From: an uncultured Candidatus Peribacteria bacterium
GTDB lineage: Bacteria; Patescibacteriota; Gracilibacteria; UBA1369; LOWO2-01-FULL-3
Assembly: GCA_964383675.1 (NCBI GenBank)
Contig: CAYLHX010000003.1
Coordinates: 2,412 to 66,411, forward strand
DNA: 64,000 nt
Direction: 5' to 3'
Shown here: piece after piece, positions 9,764 to 19,292 of the stretch
Position numbering within the stretch: the first letter of the stretch is position 1
Layout of the letters: each line of letters opens with the position of its first letter
Translations under genes and position numbers: made by a program
Notes under the pieces: model-generated
Told to the model about the DNA's origin: nothing
The model's input: the letters and a program-made list of their open reading frames with translations, nothing else
The model's database searches: none

Positions 9764-9892
9764 ATCTCGATTGGTTTCGCAGACATCGAGATAAAAGAGC
9801 TCACTAATATATAGTGTTTTGCGCTGATTTTTTGTCTCGGCAGGTCTTATTTGGTTGCCTACTGTCTACGAACGGTTCGCACTATATATTAG
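9764..9892 (-). promoter_or_regulatory. Structured 5' leader of rplJ (candidate L10 leader-type autoregulatory RNA)
   Basis: A 13-nt perfect inverted repeat (9804..9816 ctaatatatagtg / 9880..9892 cactatatattag) encloses about 63 nt. A separate 8-bp hairpin pairs 9764..9771 atctcgat with 9785..9792 atcgagat, just upstream of the rplJ ATG. Confidence 0.35.
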
Positions 9893-9962
9893 GAATAAGC
9901 GCTGAGTCAAGAAAAAAATCTAAAATTTGCTTAATCAAAATTTATTACCTAAACTTTTGAAG

Positions 9963-10886
9963 ATGAATCTATCCGAAGAAATTCAGGCATTCTTGGGAAA
10001 AAGCGAAAAACCCTTAATCGTAGTTCTCGGACCTACGGCTTCCGGGAAAACGGCTCTTTCCGTGAAAATCGCTAAAAGCTTTTCCGGTGAGATAATTTCC
10101 ACCGATTCTAGGCAGATCTATAAAGGCATGAGCATCGGCACCGATGCGGTTTCGTCCGATGAACAAGAGGGGATTCCTCATCATATGTTGTCCATTGTCG
10201 AGCCCGATCAGATTCTATCGGCCGCCGATTATGCCGTCCGGGCCAGGCAAATTATTGAGGAGATTTATAAAAGAGAACATTTGCCAATTTTGGCCGGAGG
10301 CACCGGCCTATACATAAGCTCAATAATAGAGAGTTATGATATCCCCCGCATCGCTCCAAACGCCGAGCTCCGGAAGAAACTGGAGCTAGAAGCGGCGGAA
10401 AAAGGCGCTCAATTTTTACATCAAAAGCTTAAAAAACTCGATCCGGAAGCGGCAGATTCTATTCATCCAAATAATATCAGATATGTTATCAGGGCGATCG
10501 AGATCAATTTGGAAGGGGGGCGCAACAAGAAAGCGGAAATTCAAGATTCCCCCTATGATATTTTTATGATCGGAATCAAATGGCCACGCGAAGAGCTTTA
10601 CGAAAGAATTGGCATGAGAGTGGATAGACAAATTGAGCGAGGTCTTTTAGAGGAGGTAAAGGGCTTGCTTGCTAAAGGTTACGAAGAGTCGTTGCCGGCC
10701 ATGAGCTCTTTGGGGGTTAAGGAGATAATTCCTTATTTGAAGGGAGAAATGGAGCTTGCGGAGTGTCTGGAAATATTAAAACAAAACACCCGACGTTACG
10801 CCAAAAGGCAAATGACATGGTTCCGGAGATATGATAATGTAAAATGGCTTTCACCTGAAGAACTTGAAAAATATCTCAACAACTAA
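9963..10886 (+). CDS. miaA: tRNA dimethylallyltransferase
   Basis: P-loop LIVVLGPTASGKTALS, then STDSRQIYKGMSIGTD, and RRYAKRQMTWFRR at the C-terminus. The track start (9927) is a TTG, so the first ATG at 9963 is used. Confidence 0.9.
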   Translation: MNLSEEIQAFLGKSEKPLIVVLGPTASGKTALSVKIAKSFSGEIISTDSRQIYKGMSIGTDAVSSDEQEGIPHHMLSIVEPDQILSAADYAVRARQIIEEIYKREHLPILAGGTGLYISSIIESYDIPRIAPNAELRKKLELEAAEKGAQFLHQKLKKLDPEAADSIHPNNIRYVIRAIEINLEGGRNKKAEIQDSPYDIFMIGIKWPREELYERIGMRVDRQIERGLLEEVKGLLAKGYEESLPAMSSLGVKEIIPYLKGEMELAECLEILKQNTRRYAKRQMTWFRRYDNVKWLSPEELEKYLNN

Positions 10887-11279
10887 ATGAGCAAACCAAA
10901 AAAATCAATTCGCGACCTGAAAATACTGGCTGAAAAACTACGCTCCGAGACGGGTTGTCCCTGGGATAGGAAGCAGACTATTGCCAGCATGCTGCAGTAT
11001 ATCGAAGAGGAAGTTGGCGAAGTGCGCCAGGCTATCGAGAACGGCGATCACGAAAATCTACGGGAAGAGCTCGGTGATGTGCTTTTCCAGATTGTAATGA
11101 TCAGCCAGATTGCCAAAGAGCATAATTATTTCACTTTGGATGAAGTTGTCACGGATGTTTACAATAAAATAAGGTCCCGACACACCTGGGTTTTCGGCAA
11201 GGACAAGGCTAAAACTCCCGAAGAAGCTTTGGAGATGTGGCGTCGCAATAAAGAGGAAGAAAAACGTAAGAAACAGTAG
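10887..11279 (+). CDS. mazG: MazG-type nucleotide pyrophosphohydrolase
   Basis: CPWDRKQT...EEVGEV...EELGDVLFQIVMIS matches the EExxE / ExxD MazG helices. Confidence 0.85.
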   Translation: MSKPKKSIRDLKILAEKLRSETGCPWDRKQTIASMLQYIEEEVGEVRQAIENGDHENLREELGDVLFQIVMISQIAKEHNYFTLDEVVTDVYNKIRSRHTWVFGKDKAKTPEEALEMWRRNKEEEKRKKQ

Positions 11280-11282
11280 TCT

Positions 11283-12941
11283 ATGTCAGTTCTAGGAAAA
11301 AAATGGTTTATTAAAAACCAAACTTCAGGCCTAAGCGCCTATGAAAAGTTATTGGAAAATCGTAAAGATATTGAGCTTAATGCCGAAGCTTTTCATGATC
11401 CGCACCTTTTTGGCGACATGTCCAAAGTTGTTGAGCGCATCGAAAAGGCCATGCAAAACAACGAGAGAATAATGATTTTCGGCGATTACGATGTTGACGG
11501 CATCACCTCAACCGCCATACTGTTTTCGATCTTGAACAGGCTTAAAGCCAACGTATCCTATCGTTTGCCTCACCGGGTAAATGATGGTTACGGGCTTTCC
11601 CAAAAATTTATCGATGAATTCAGAGATAAGGATGTGCAGCTGGTGATTACGGTGGATTGCGGAATTTCCTGTTTTCAGGAGGTTGAAAAAGCCAATGAGT
11701 ATGGGATGGAAGTGATCATTACCGATCATCACAATATTCCTGAAAAAATTCCTAATGCTTATGCCATTTTACATCCCAAGCATGACCCCAATTATCCCTT
11801 CAAAGAATTGACCGGAGCCGGCGTGGCCTTAAAACTTGCTCATGCCCTAATTAAACACTTTTTTCCTCAAGAAGAAGAGGAGTTGGTCGCCCCCTTAATC
11901 GATCTGGCATCTTTAGGGACCGTCGCGGATCTTGGGCCGCTTACCGGAGAAAACCGCTATCTGGTGAAAAGAGGTCTTCAATCATTGAACAACACCAAAT
12001 GGTTGGGGATCAAGAAAATACTTCAGGCCGCCAACTTTCCCAGCAACAACGAGATTACCGCAACCACCATCGGTTTTCTGATAGCGCCTCGCATTAACGC
12101 CGCCGGACGCATTGGTGATCCTTATCTTGCGTTACACCTTTTACTACAGCAAGAAGCCAACGAAAAACTACACCAACTGGGCGACAAACTGGAGGCCTTA
12201 AATAAAGAGAGGCAGCTCATGACAGAAGAGTCTATAAAGGAGGCGGAAGAATTTTTGCTAGACCAAAAGGAAATACCTTATATTATTGTGACCGAAAATC
12301 CTAATTGGCACGTTGGAGTACTGGGCTTAATCGCCTCCAAATTGGTGGAGAAATATTCTAGGCCGGCCATAGTAATGCAAGATTTAGGTGATGTTTTGGT
12401 GGCCTCGGCGCGCAGTCCGGAATTTTTTAATGTCATCGAGGCGATATCTGAATTTGGTGATTGTCTCAAAGGTTTTGGTGGGCATGCTCAGGCGGCCGGA
12501 TTTAGTTTGAAAAAGGAGAATCTCGAGGATTTTAAGGAGAAAATCGGCAAATATGCTGAAGAAAGGTTAAAAAATCAGGATTTAAAACCTCTCTTGGAGA
12601 TTGACTGCCAGATTGAAGGTTCTGAGGTGAATTTTGAGCTGCTTGAGAAGCTTGAGACACTGGCACCATTTGGAGTTGGAAATAGCAGGCCAACTCTACT
12701 GGTGAGAGGAGTCGAGCCACAGTTTATTGAACAAATCGGTCGGGACAGTTCTCATTTAAAATTCACTCTCGATCTGGGCGACAGTTCCTTTAAAGCGGTG
12801 GCCTTTAGAATGGGAACTTATGCCGAACATTTGAGGAAACACAACAAAATTGATTTGGTATTTCAGATTGAGAGCAATACCTGGAATAATAAGACCTACC
12901 TTGAACTAAGGCCCCTAGACTTTGCTCCATCACAGGAGTAA
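11283..12941 (+). CDS. recJ: Single-stranded-DNA-specific exonuclease RecJ
   Basis: DHH motifs FGDYDVDGITS, VDCG, ITDHH and DHHA1 GGHAQAAGF. Confidence 0.9.
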   Translation: MSVLGKKWFIKNQTSGLSAYEKLLENRKDIELNAEAFHDPHLFGDMSKVVERIEKAMQNNERIMIFGDYDVDGITSTAILFSILNRLKANVSYRLPHRVNDGYGLSQKFIDEFRDKDVQLVITVDCGISCFQEVEKANEYGMEVIITDHHNIPEKIPNAYAILHPKHDPNYPFKELTGAGVALKLAHALIKHFFPQEEEELVAPLIDLASLGTVADLGPLTGENRYLVKRGLQSLNNTKWLGIKKILQAANFPSNNEITATTIGFLIAPRINAAGRIGDPYLALHLLLQQEANEKLHQLGDKLEALNKERQLMTEESIKEAEEFLLDQKEIPYIIVTENPNWHVGVLGLIASKLVEKYSRPAIVMQDLGDVLVASARSPEFFNVIEAISEFGDCLKGFGGHAQAAGFSLKKENLEDFKEKIGKYAEERLKNQDLKPLLEIDCQIEGSEVNFELLEKLETLAPFGVGNSRPTLLVRGVEPQFIEQIGRDSSHLKFTLDLGDSSFKAVAFRMGTYAEHLRKHNKIDLVFQIESNTWNNKTYLELRPLDFAPSQE

Positions 12942-12967
12942 AATTGAGAATATAATCCCCACATTCC

Positions 12968-14482
12968 ATGAAAAAACAGTTAAGCTTTTGGTTAACAATA
13001 ATATTCTTTTTGATAGCCGTAACCGGTACCTCGCTGGCGCTTGACACTTCGAGCTGGTTTGAATATAACGGCCTTTCAACCACCCACTCTTATTCCGTAA
13101 AATTCCCCACCGACTGGAAAGTAAAAACCTTTGGTGATGATCTGCAGGGCTTCAGCCCAAAAGATGAAAACGAGGCGGTGTTTTTAACGATTCAGGAATT
13201 CGAGGGGAAAACCTATACTCAAGCCATTAACTCCTATCTTGTCGGCAACAACAAGCTGGTGAACGTGGATGACAAGATCTTTTCAACCAACTCTGATATG
13301 CTGGTTAAAGAGGCGGCTTACCATAATTCCGACGAAGGAAGGGATTTTGCGATTACTTTTATTAAGCGGGGTAGTTTGATTGTAGCTATCACCAACCCCA
13401 ACTTGGATGGCAATAGCGATTACCCCGTACCGTCAGAACATAATGAAATGGTGAAGGAGATTTTTAATTCTTTCCGCTTCACCGATAACTGGCATCAATA
13501 CATTGATTTTCAGGAAAAATACACTTTTGTGTTTCCAAAAAGTTTAAATTTGAACAGTCTGAGCGATGGTGTTGAACTCGTTGATGCCAAACAGCTAAAT
13601 AGTACAATTTTTTCGCTTATTCACTATCCCGGCACTAAAATTTCCGAGGTGGCCGAAGAGGCTGAAGGTTATAGTGAAGAGTTAACTGAGGAGGCCAATA
13701 TTCTCTTCCATGGTTTTAGCAAAGCCATCCGTGCGACCTATTATGACGAAGAGGCCGAAAAGGAATTAAATCGAATTTTTGTTGAACAAAACGGCAATAG
13801 CTACGGTATGACCGACATCAATATCGCCACCAACTTTCCACATCTGGACTACTATGATCAATATATAATTGAGATCCTGGAAAGCTTTGAGTTCTTTGAT
13901 ATTTCGGGAAACTACAGTAGTTATCTCTACTTCCCGGACGTTCGTGACGATCACGAAAATGCCCAGTCCATTAATTTTCTTACCAGCCAGAAAGTTGTCG
14001 CGGGTTATCCGGACGGCACCTTTAAGCCTGATGGAGAAATCAATCGCGCCGAATTAACCAAAATGATTGTGGCATCCGAACTTACACCCGATGCCAAGAA
14101 ATATAAGGACTGTTTTCCCGATGTGAAAAATGAGTGGTTCGCACCTTTTGTCTGTTATGCCAAGGAGCAGGGCTGGGTCGCCGGCTATCCCGATGGCACT
14201 TTTAAACCTGAACAAAGCGTGAATCGCGCCGAGGCTTTGAAAATCATTTTCGAGGTGAGCTTTAACGGAAAAAATATTGACCAGAAAGCAAAAAACACCC
14301 TTCCACTGGATGTTGATACCGATGACTGGTACGCCAGCTACTTCATCTTTGGCGATAACAATAAACTGCTGGATAAACAGCACATTACCACCGATAAAGA
14401 CGGCTATTTTTACCATCCTTCCAAGAACATAACTCGAAAAGAGGTAGCCGAAACCATCTACCGTAGCATCATCTTCAACTAG
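12968..14482 (+). CDS. Secreted SLH-domain surface protein (SLH repeats at the C-terminus)
   Basis: A signal peptide is followed by three C-terminal SLH-like repeats (FPDVRDDHENAQSINFLTSQKVVAGYPDGTFKPDGEINRAELTKMIV; FPDVKNEWFAPFVCYAKEQGWVAGYPDGTFKPEQSVNRAEALKII). Confidence 0.8.
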   Translation: MKKQLSFWLTIIFFLIAVTGTSLALDTSSWFEYNGLSTTHSYSVKFPTDWKVKTFGDDLQGFSPKDENEAVFLTIQEFEGKTYTQAINSYLVGNNKLVNVDDKIFSTNSDMLVKEAAYHNSDEGRDFAITFIKRGSLIVAITNPNLDGNSDYPVPSEHNEMVKEIFNSFRFTDNWHQYIDFQEKYTFVFPKSLNLNSLSDGVELVDAKQLNSTIFSLIHYPGTKISEVAEEAEGYSEELTEEANILFHGFSKAIRATYYDEEAEKELNRIFVEQNGNSYGMTDINIATNFPHLDYYDQYIIEILESFEFFDISGNYSSYLYFPDVRDDHENAQSINFLTSQKVVAGYPDGTFKPDGEINRAELTKMIVASELTPDAKKYKDCFPDVKNEWFAPFVCYAKEQGWVAGYPDGTFKPEQSVNRAEALKIIFEVSFNGKNIDQKAKNTLPLDVDTDDWYASYFIFGDNNKLLDKQHITTDKDGYFYHPSKNITRKEVAETIYRSIIFN

Positions 14483-14533
14483 CAAAAGGCTTTTTGGTGT
14501 TATATACTGCTAGCCACTTTTGATTTTACTTCG

Positions 14534-14562
14534 TTGACATAGTGGAAAAAATGTTTTATAAT
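14534..14562 (+). promoter_or_regulatory. Consensus sigma70-type promoter for the DHH phosphoesterase gene
   Basis: TTGACA (14534..14539), a 17-nt spacer, then TATAAT (14557..14562), ending 25 nt before the ATG at 14588. Confidence 0.5.
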
Positions 14563-14587
14563 GTATAAATAGCATTTAGGTCATTCG

Positions 14588-16153
14588 ATGGGCAATAATA
14601 ACACCACGCACAGACAAGTAATTGAACAAATCAAACGCAGCAAGAAGATTCTTGTATTGCCATCGGCTCCCCCGGATGGGGATTCGATAGGTAGTGCCAT
14701 TGCGCTTTATTTGTCCTTAAGTAAGCTAGGCAAGGAAGTTACGGTTATTTGTACCGATCCGGTACCGGAAGTTTTACAGTTCCTGCCGAAAACTCGAATA
14801 ATCGGTTCACAGATACATACCAGTAAAGATTTTATTATTACCTTGGACTGTTCGCAGGCCAAAGTAGATAATATTCAGCATGCTTTCGAGGACAATAAGG
14901 TCAACATCATTATCACTCCCAAAGAAGGTCAGTTTACTGAAACCGATGTGATTTTTGGTAAGGGTAAACTTAGCTATGACCTTATCATCACCGTGGACTG
15001 TGCCGAACTGAAACAGCTGCGGGATTTTTACGAAAACAATTTAGAGCTCTTCCATCAGGTGCCGGTGGTAAATATTGATCACCACGTTTCCAATAACCAT
15101 TTTGGACGTATAAACCACGTGGATATTATGTCCTCCTCCACCACAGAGCTGATTTTGCCGATTTTGGAAGATTTGGGCAAAGAACAAAACATCGACCTTA
15201 TCGATGAAGATATCGCCACACTTTTATTAACTGGTATTATTACCGATACAGGAAGTTTCCAGAATGCCAATACCACTCCCAGATCTTTTGCCAAGGCCGC
15301 CCAGCTTATTGCTTACGGAGCGCGTCAGCAGGAGATTATTCAACATATTTATAAAACAAAGCAGCTTAGTCAGCTGAAGCTTTGGGGTAGGGTGCTATCG
15401 AAAATTCAAACCGATGAGGTTCATCGGATTGTTTGGTCGGTGGTTAGTCAGCAAGACTTTAAAGATACCGAAAGCTCCGAAGAACAAACCGGAGACATCA
15501 TCGATGAGCTCATGACCAATGCACCCGGTGCCGAGGTGATTCTTCTAATAAAAGAAAGACAAGATAACACCATTTCGGTAAGTATAAGAACTACCAGCCC
15601 CTCAATCGACTCTTCACAGATTGCCGAAGACTTTGGTGGTGGAGGACACACCCAGGCAGCCGGATTTCGCATATCCAGCATGAATTTGCGGGATGCCGAA
15701 TATAAGATCATTGAATACGTGAAACAATTCCAACAAGATAGGTTGGGGCTTAACACCGAGAAAACCACTGATCAAACTGACCAAACTGAACAGAGTGAAG
15801 AGATCATTAACGTTGAAGAGTTAATGAATCGTGTAAAGGAGGCGCAAAAGGCCGCAGATATGATGCCAAAAGCTGAAGATCAAGCCAGATACGAAAAGAT
15901 GGATGAGACAAAGCCGGAAGTGCCGCTAAGTGAAGATAGCGAAAATCTCGATTTCCCCAAGAAAAAGAAGAAGAGACGCCGCAAAAAAAAGAGTAACGGA
16001 GAATCAACGGCGGAGCAGCAAGATTTTTCACCAACAACACCTCCTACTGAAAACAGTACCCCAGCAGCCGAAGTTGAAATAGCCGCAGTTGAAGAAGAAC
16101 CCTCCGATTCAGAAGAATCCTCTACCGATTATGGTTATCGTTTTGAGGATTAA
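14588..16153 (+). CDS. DHH/DHHA1 phosphoesterase, NrnA-like (oligoribonuclease / pAp phosphatase family), with a long C-terminal low-complexity tail
   Basis: Motifs DGDSIGS, DCAE, NIDHH, TDTGSF and GGGGHTQAAGF. The last 140 aa or so are acidic and Lys/Arg-rich (PKKKKKRRRKKKS). Confidence 0.8.
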   Translation: MGNNNTTHRQVIEQIKRSKKILVLPSAPPDGDSIGSAIALYLSLSKLGKEVTVICTDPVPEVLQFLPKTRIIGSQIHTSKDFIITLDCSQAKVDNIQHAFEDNKVNIIITPKEGQFTETDVIFGKGKLSYDLIITVDCAELKQLRDFYENNLELFHQVPVVNIDHHVSNNHFGRINHVDIMSSSTTELILPILEDLGKEQNIDLIDEDIATLLLTGIITDTGSFQNANTTPRSFAKAAQLIAYGARQQEIIQHIYKTKQLSQLKLWGRVLSKIQTDEVHRIVWSVVSQQDFKDTESSEEQTGDIIDELMTNAPGAEVILLIKERQDNTISVSIRTTSPSIDSSQIAEDFGGGGHTQAAGFRISSMNLRDAEYKIIEYVKQFQQDRLGLNTEKTTDQTDQTEQSEEIINVEELMNRVKEAQKAADMMPKAEDQARYEKMDETKPEVPLSEDSENLDFPKKKKKRRRKKKSNGESTAEQQDFSPTTPPTENSTPAAEVEIAAVEEEPSDSEESSTDYGYRFED

Positions 16154-16899
16154 AGTTTTTCCAAAATTTCCATGGGAATGTCAAAATTGCTGTAGACATT
16201 GGCCACATCTTCATCATCTTCCAAGGCCTCAACCAATTTAATGACCTTCCGGGCATCCTCCAGATTATCAACCTTTACCGGAGTTTTTGGTACATAATTA
16301 AGCTCCGCCTTGTGAATTTCAAACCCGGATTCTATTAGATTGTCCTTCACCTGCATCAATTCGGTCGGGGAAGTAATTACCTCTATATCGCCATCCTCAA
16401 TTTCCAAGTCTTCCGCGCCGGCATCAATAATCTGCAGTTCCGCCTCATCCCGATCTCTGGCTCCTAATTTTGTTAAAATTAAGCCCTTTTTTTCAAACAT
16501 CCAACCAACCGTGCCGGCCTCTCCCATGTTCCCGCCATTTTTGGTAAATGCTATTTTTACATTGGAAACCGAACGATTCCTGTTATCGGTAATAACTTGA
16601 ACATACATCGCAGTACCGGCCGGTCCAAAACCCTCGTACATAATCTCCTCAAAATTCATTCCATCCTTATCATCGCCGGACCCCTTTTTTACGGCCTTCT
16701 CAATATTGGCATTTGGCACATTATCGGCTTTGGCATTGGCGATCGCACTCCTAAGCCCCGGATTCATCTCCGGATCATCACCACCATCGCGCGCGGCAAT
16801 GGCAATCAGCTTGGCGTGCTTGGTAAAAATCTTACCGCGTTTTGCATCGGCGGCGCCTTTTTTATGTTTAATTGAATGCCACTTTGAATGTCCAGACAT
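16150..16899 (-). CDS. yebC: YebC/PmpR-family DNA-binding regulator
   Basis: MSGHSKWHSIKHKKGAADAKRGKIFTKHAKLI is the hallmark N-terminus. The track ORF starts 19 codons earlier (16956), but MSGHSKW at 16899 is the conserved start. Confidence 0.9.
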   Translation of the reverse strand: MSGHSKWHSIKHKKGAADAKRGKIFTKHAKLIAIAARDGGDDPEMNPGLRSAIANAKADNVPNANIEKAVKKGSGDDKDGMNFEEIMYEGFGPAGTAMYVQVITDNRNRSVSNVKIAFTKNGGNMGEAGTVGWMFEKKGLILTKLGARDRDEAELQIIDAGAEDLEIEDGDIEVITSPTELMQVKDNLIESGFEIHKAELNYVPKTPVKVDNLEDARKVIKLVEALEDDEDVANVYSNFDIPMEILEKL

Positions 16900-16915
16900 A
16901 GCACAAACTTTAATC

Positions 16916-17863
16916 TTAAGCGGGCGAATTATATACGTCTTCCCGCTCTTTTGCAAAAATCATTTTGATCGGAATCAGTCCAATCGCCCAGACAAATTCA
17001 TAGAAAACCGTCACCAATACCGTTAGGGAATCAAAATATTCATTGGCTACGACAATAGATAACCCGGCATTGAAGTAGGCAAAAATAATTATGCCGGTTA
17101 CCAACAGGTCGGCTTTGGAACGCATAAATGAGATGAAGGCGTAAAAGTGAAAGAAAAGTGATAATCCGACAACCAGCGCGAAGATATTGATCGATTTAGC
17201 CAGATCTTGGAGTATAAATTCGGAATAGGGTGCGAAAACCGAAATCATAAAAATAAAAATCAGTAGAGTAGCTATGGGGGAAGAACGTTTATTTATGGTT
17301 TTTACAAGGTCGGGTTTAAATTTTTCCAGGAGGTAGGCCAAGATGAATGGTCCGGTGACTAAAATGAGCAGAAACAAAAATATGGAAAAGAAATCCAAGG
17401 CAACCGCGGTACCGACTGTATATTTTAAAACCAAGGGCATGGTGATCGGAGCGATTAAATTGCTCACTACCGTAAGTACCAGCCCCAAATTTATGTCTCC
17501 TTTTAAGATCATTAATAGGCTGGGACCCGCCACTGCCGCCGGACTTGCAGCCAATAAGACCAGACCTGGTAGGTATTCTTTTGGCAACATCAGTGCCAAA
17601 AAGTAGACAATTACCGGCAAAATAATCATCTTGGAAATGGTCAGGAAGGTTATTAACCGAACACGTTTAAAACTCTTTAGAAAATCCAGCAGATTGGTTT
17701 TGAGAGTGGCAAGCAGCAGCATTAGAAATAGATTGAAGGGAAGAGAAGCCTCCAGAAAAGTTAAAACTCCCGACTCAGAGCCGACGCTCCAACCTAGCAA
17801 AATACCAAAAACTATTCCACTGGTTATCACCAAACCAAAATGGCGCTGCAAGAACTTAATCAT
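16916..17863 (-). CDS. Bile acid:Na+ symporter (BASS)-family transporter
   Basis: A polytopic protein of 315 aa with about 9-10 TM helices. The layout resembles the SBF/BASS family. There is a 1-nt gap to the malic enzyme gene. Confidence 0.55.
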   Translation of the reverse strand: MIKFLQRHFGLVITSGIVFGILLGWSVGSESGVLTFLEASLPFNLFLMLLLATLKTNLLDFLKSFKRVRLITFLTISKMIILPVIVYFLALMLPKEYLPGLVLLAASPAAVAGPSLLMILKGDINLGLVLTVVSNLIAPITMPLVLKYTVGTAVALDFFSIFLFLLILVTGPFILAYLLEKFKPDLVKTINKRSSPIATLLIFIFMISVFAPYSEFILQDLAKSINIFALVVGLSLFFHFYAFISFMRSKADLLVTGIIIFAYFNAGLSIVVANEYFDSLTVLVTVFYEFVWAIGLIPIKMIFAKEREDVYNSPA

Positions 17864-17864
17864 A

Positions 17865-19016
17865 CTATTTTTTTACGTGTTTTTTCACCGCTTTCGCAAC
17901 CGCTTCGGCAACACCTTTGTCAAAGGCGTCCGGTATAAACTTTTTTGGTGTGGGGTTCTTCACCAAATTGGCCAACGCCTCCGCCGCCGACAACTTCATC
18001 TTTTCGGTAATATCCTTTGCTCGCGCCTCCAGCGCGCCCTTGAAAATACCGGGAAAGACCAAAACATTGTTTACTTGATTCGGATACATGCTGGAGCCGG
18101 TAGCAATAATTCGGGCCCCGGCCGCCCTGGCATCTTCCGGACTAATCTCCTGTACCGGATTGGCCATGGCAAAAATAATGGGATCCTCGTTCATGGACTT
18201 CACCATCGCTTTGGAAACGGTGTTAGGTTGAGAAACGCCAATAAAAACATCCGCTCCTTTCATGGCCTCCGCCAAGTCACCCTTAATTTTTTCTTTATTG
18301 GTAATCTTGGCCATCTCTTTTTTTGTCTCGTTCAAATCCGCACGTCCCTGATAAATAACCCCCTTACTGTCTTGTAAAATCAAATTTTTGAAACCATAAC
18401 TCAAAAGCAGTTTTGCAATTGCGATACCCGCAGCACCCGCTCCACTAATCACCACACGGACTTTCTCCTTCTTTTTGCCACTTACTTTTAGAGCATTAAT
18501 TAAGCCGGCCAAAGTGACAATAGCCGTGCCGTGCTGATCATCATGAAAGACCGGAATATCCAGTTCCTTGCTCAGACGCTCTTCTATTTCAAAACAGCGT
18601 GGCGCGCTGATATCTTCCAAATTAATACCTCCAAAAGAAGGTGCAATCGCCTTCACGATATTAATAATCTCCTCGGAATCTTCGCTGTTTATACAAATGG
18701 GAACGGCACTTAGTCCCGCAAACTTCCTGATTAAAGCACATTTACCTTCCATAACCGGCAAACCTGCCAGTGCCCCTATATTTCCCAGGCCAAGAACGGC
18801 GGTGCCATCGGTTACTACCGCCACCACTGTGCCTCGGTAGGTGTAGTCATAGGCTTTTTCCGGATTTTTGGCAATCTCTTTACAAGGTTCCGCCACACCC
18901 GGGGTATAGTAAATACTCAGATCCCTTTTACTGTTCAAAGGCACTTTAGATGTAACTTCCAGCTTACCTTTATGTTTTTTGTGTTCAGCTAAAGCAATTT
19001 TCCTTAATTCGGACAT
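17865..19016 (-). CDS. NAD(P)-dependent malic enzyme (short form)
   Basis: LSIYYTPGVAEPCKEI, VVTDGTAVLGLGNIGALAGLPVMEGKCALIRKFAGL and GAGAAGIAIAKLL. Confidence 0.9.
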   Translation of the reverse strand: MSELRKIALAEHKKHKGKLEVTSKVPLNSKRDLSIYYTPGVAEPCKEIAKNPEKAYDYTYRGTVVAVVTDGTAVLGLGNIGALAGLPVMEGKCALIRKFAGLSAVPICINSEDSEEIINIVKAIAPSFGGINLEDISAPRCFEIEERLSKELDIPVFHDDQHGTAIVTLAGLINALKVSGKKKEKVRVVISGAGAAGIAIAKLLLSYGFKNLILQDSKGVIYQGRADLNETKKEMAKITNKEKIKGDLAEAMKGADVFIGVSQPNTVSKAMVKSMNEDPIIFAMANPVQEISPEDARAAGARIIATGSSMYPNQVNNVLVFPGIFKGALEARAKDITEKMKLSAAEALANLVKNPTPKKFIPDAFDKGVAEAVAKAVKKHVKK

Positions 19017-19037
19017 ACTGTATAGAGTGATTAAGTT

Positions 19038-19280
19038 TTATTCGCTAGGAGGGGGGAAGGTTGGTGCCTCCACCGAAGGGGGACCATCCGGAGTGGAGGT
19101 GCTGCCCGGAGTTATCATTGTGGTATCATTTTCATTTTGTTCAATCAAAATCTCTTCCAGTTCAACCGGATCGGTGGTAATCAGAGAATAAATAAAAGCC
19201 GCAACCGCAACTGTAATGATAATCAAGGCCGCATAGACAAAACTGAAATACTGTTTTGCTTCTTTTTTTGGATCTGGCAT
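19038..19280 (-). CDS. Small single-pass membrane protein
   Basis: An 80-aa protein with the TM helix FSFVYAALIIITVAVAAFIYSLI. Coding potential is judged only from ORF length and context. Confidence 0.4.
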   Translation of the reverse strand: MPDPKKEAKQYFSFVYAALIIITVAVAAFIYSLITTDPVELEEILIEQNENDTTMITPGSTSTPDGPPSVEAPTFPPPSE

Positions 19281-19292
19281 ATTTTGTGGTTA

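Noticed and set aside
17631-18377. The 248-aa + strand ORF.
   Set aside because: It is antisense to the transporter and the well-supported malic enzyme genes. It gives an Arg-rich, low-complexity product.
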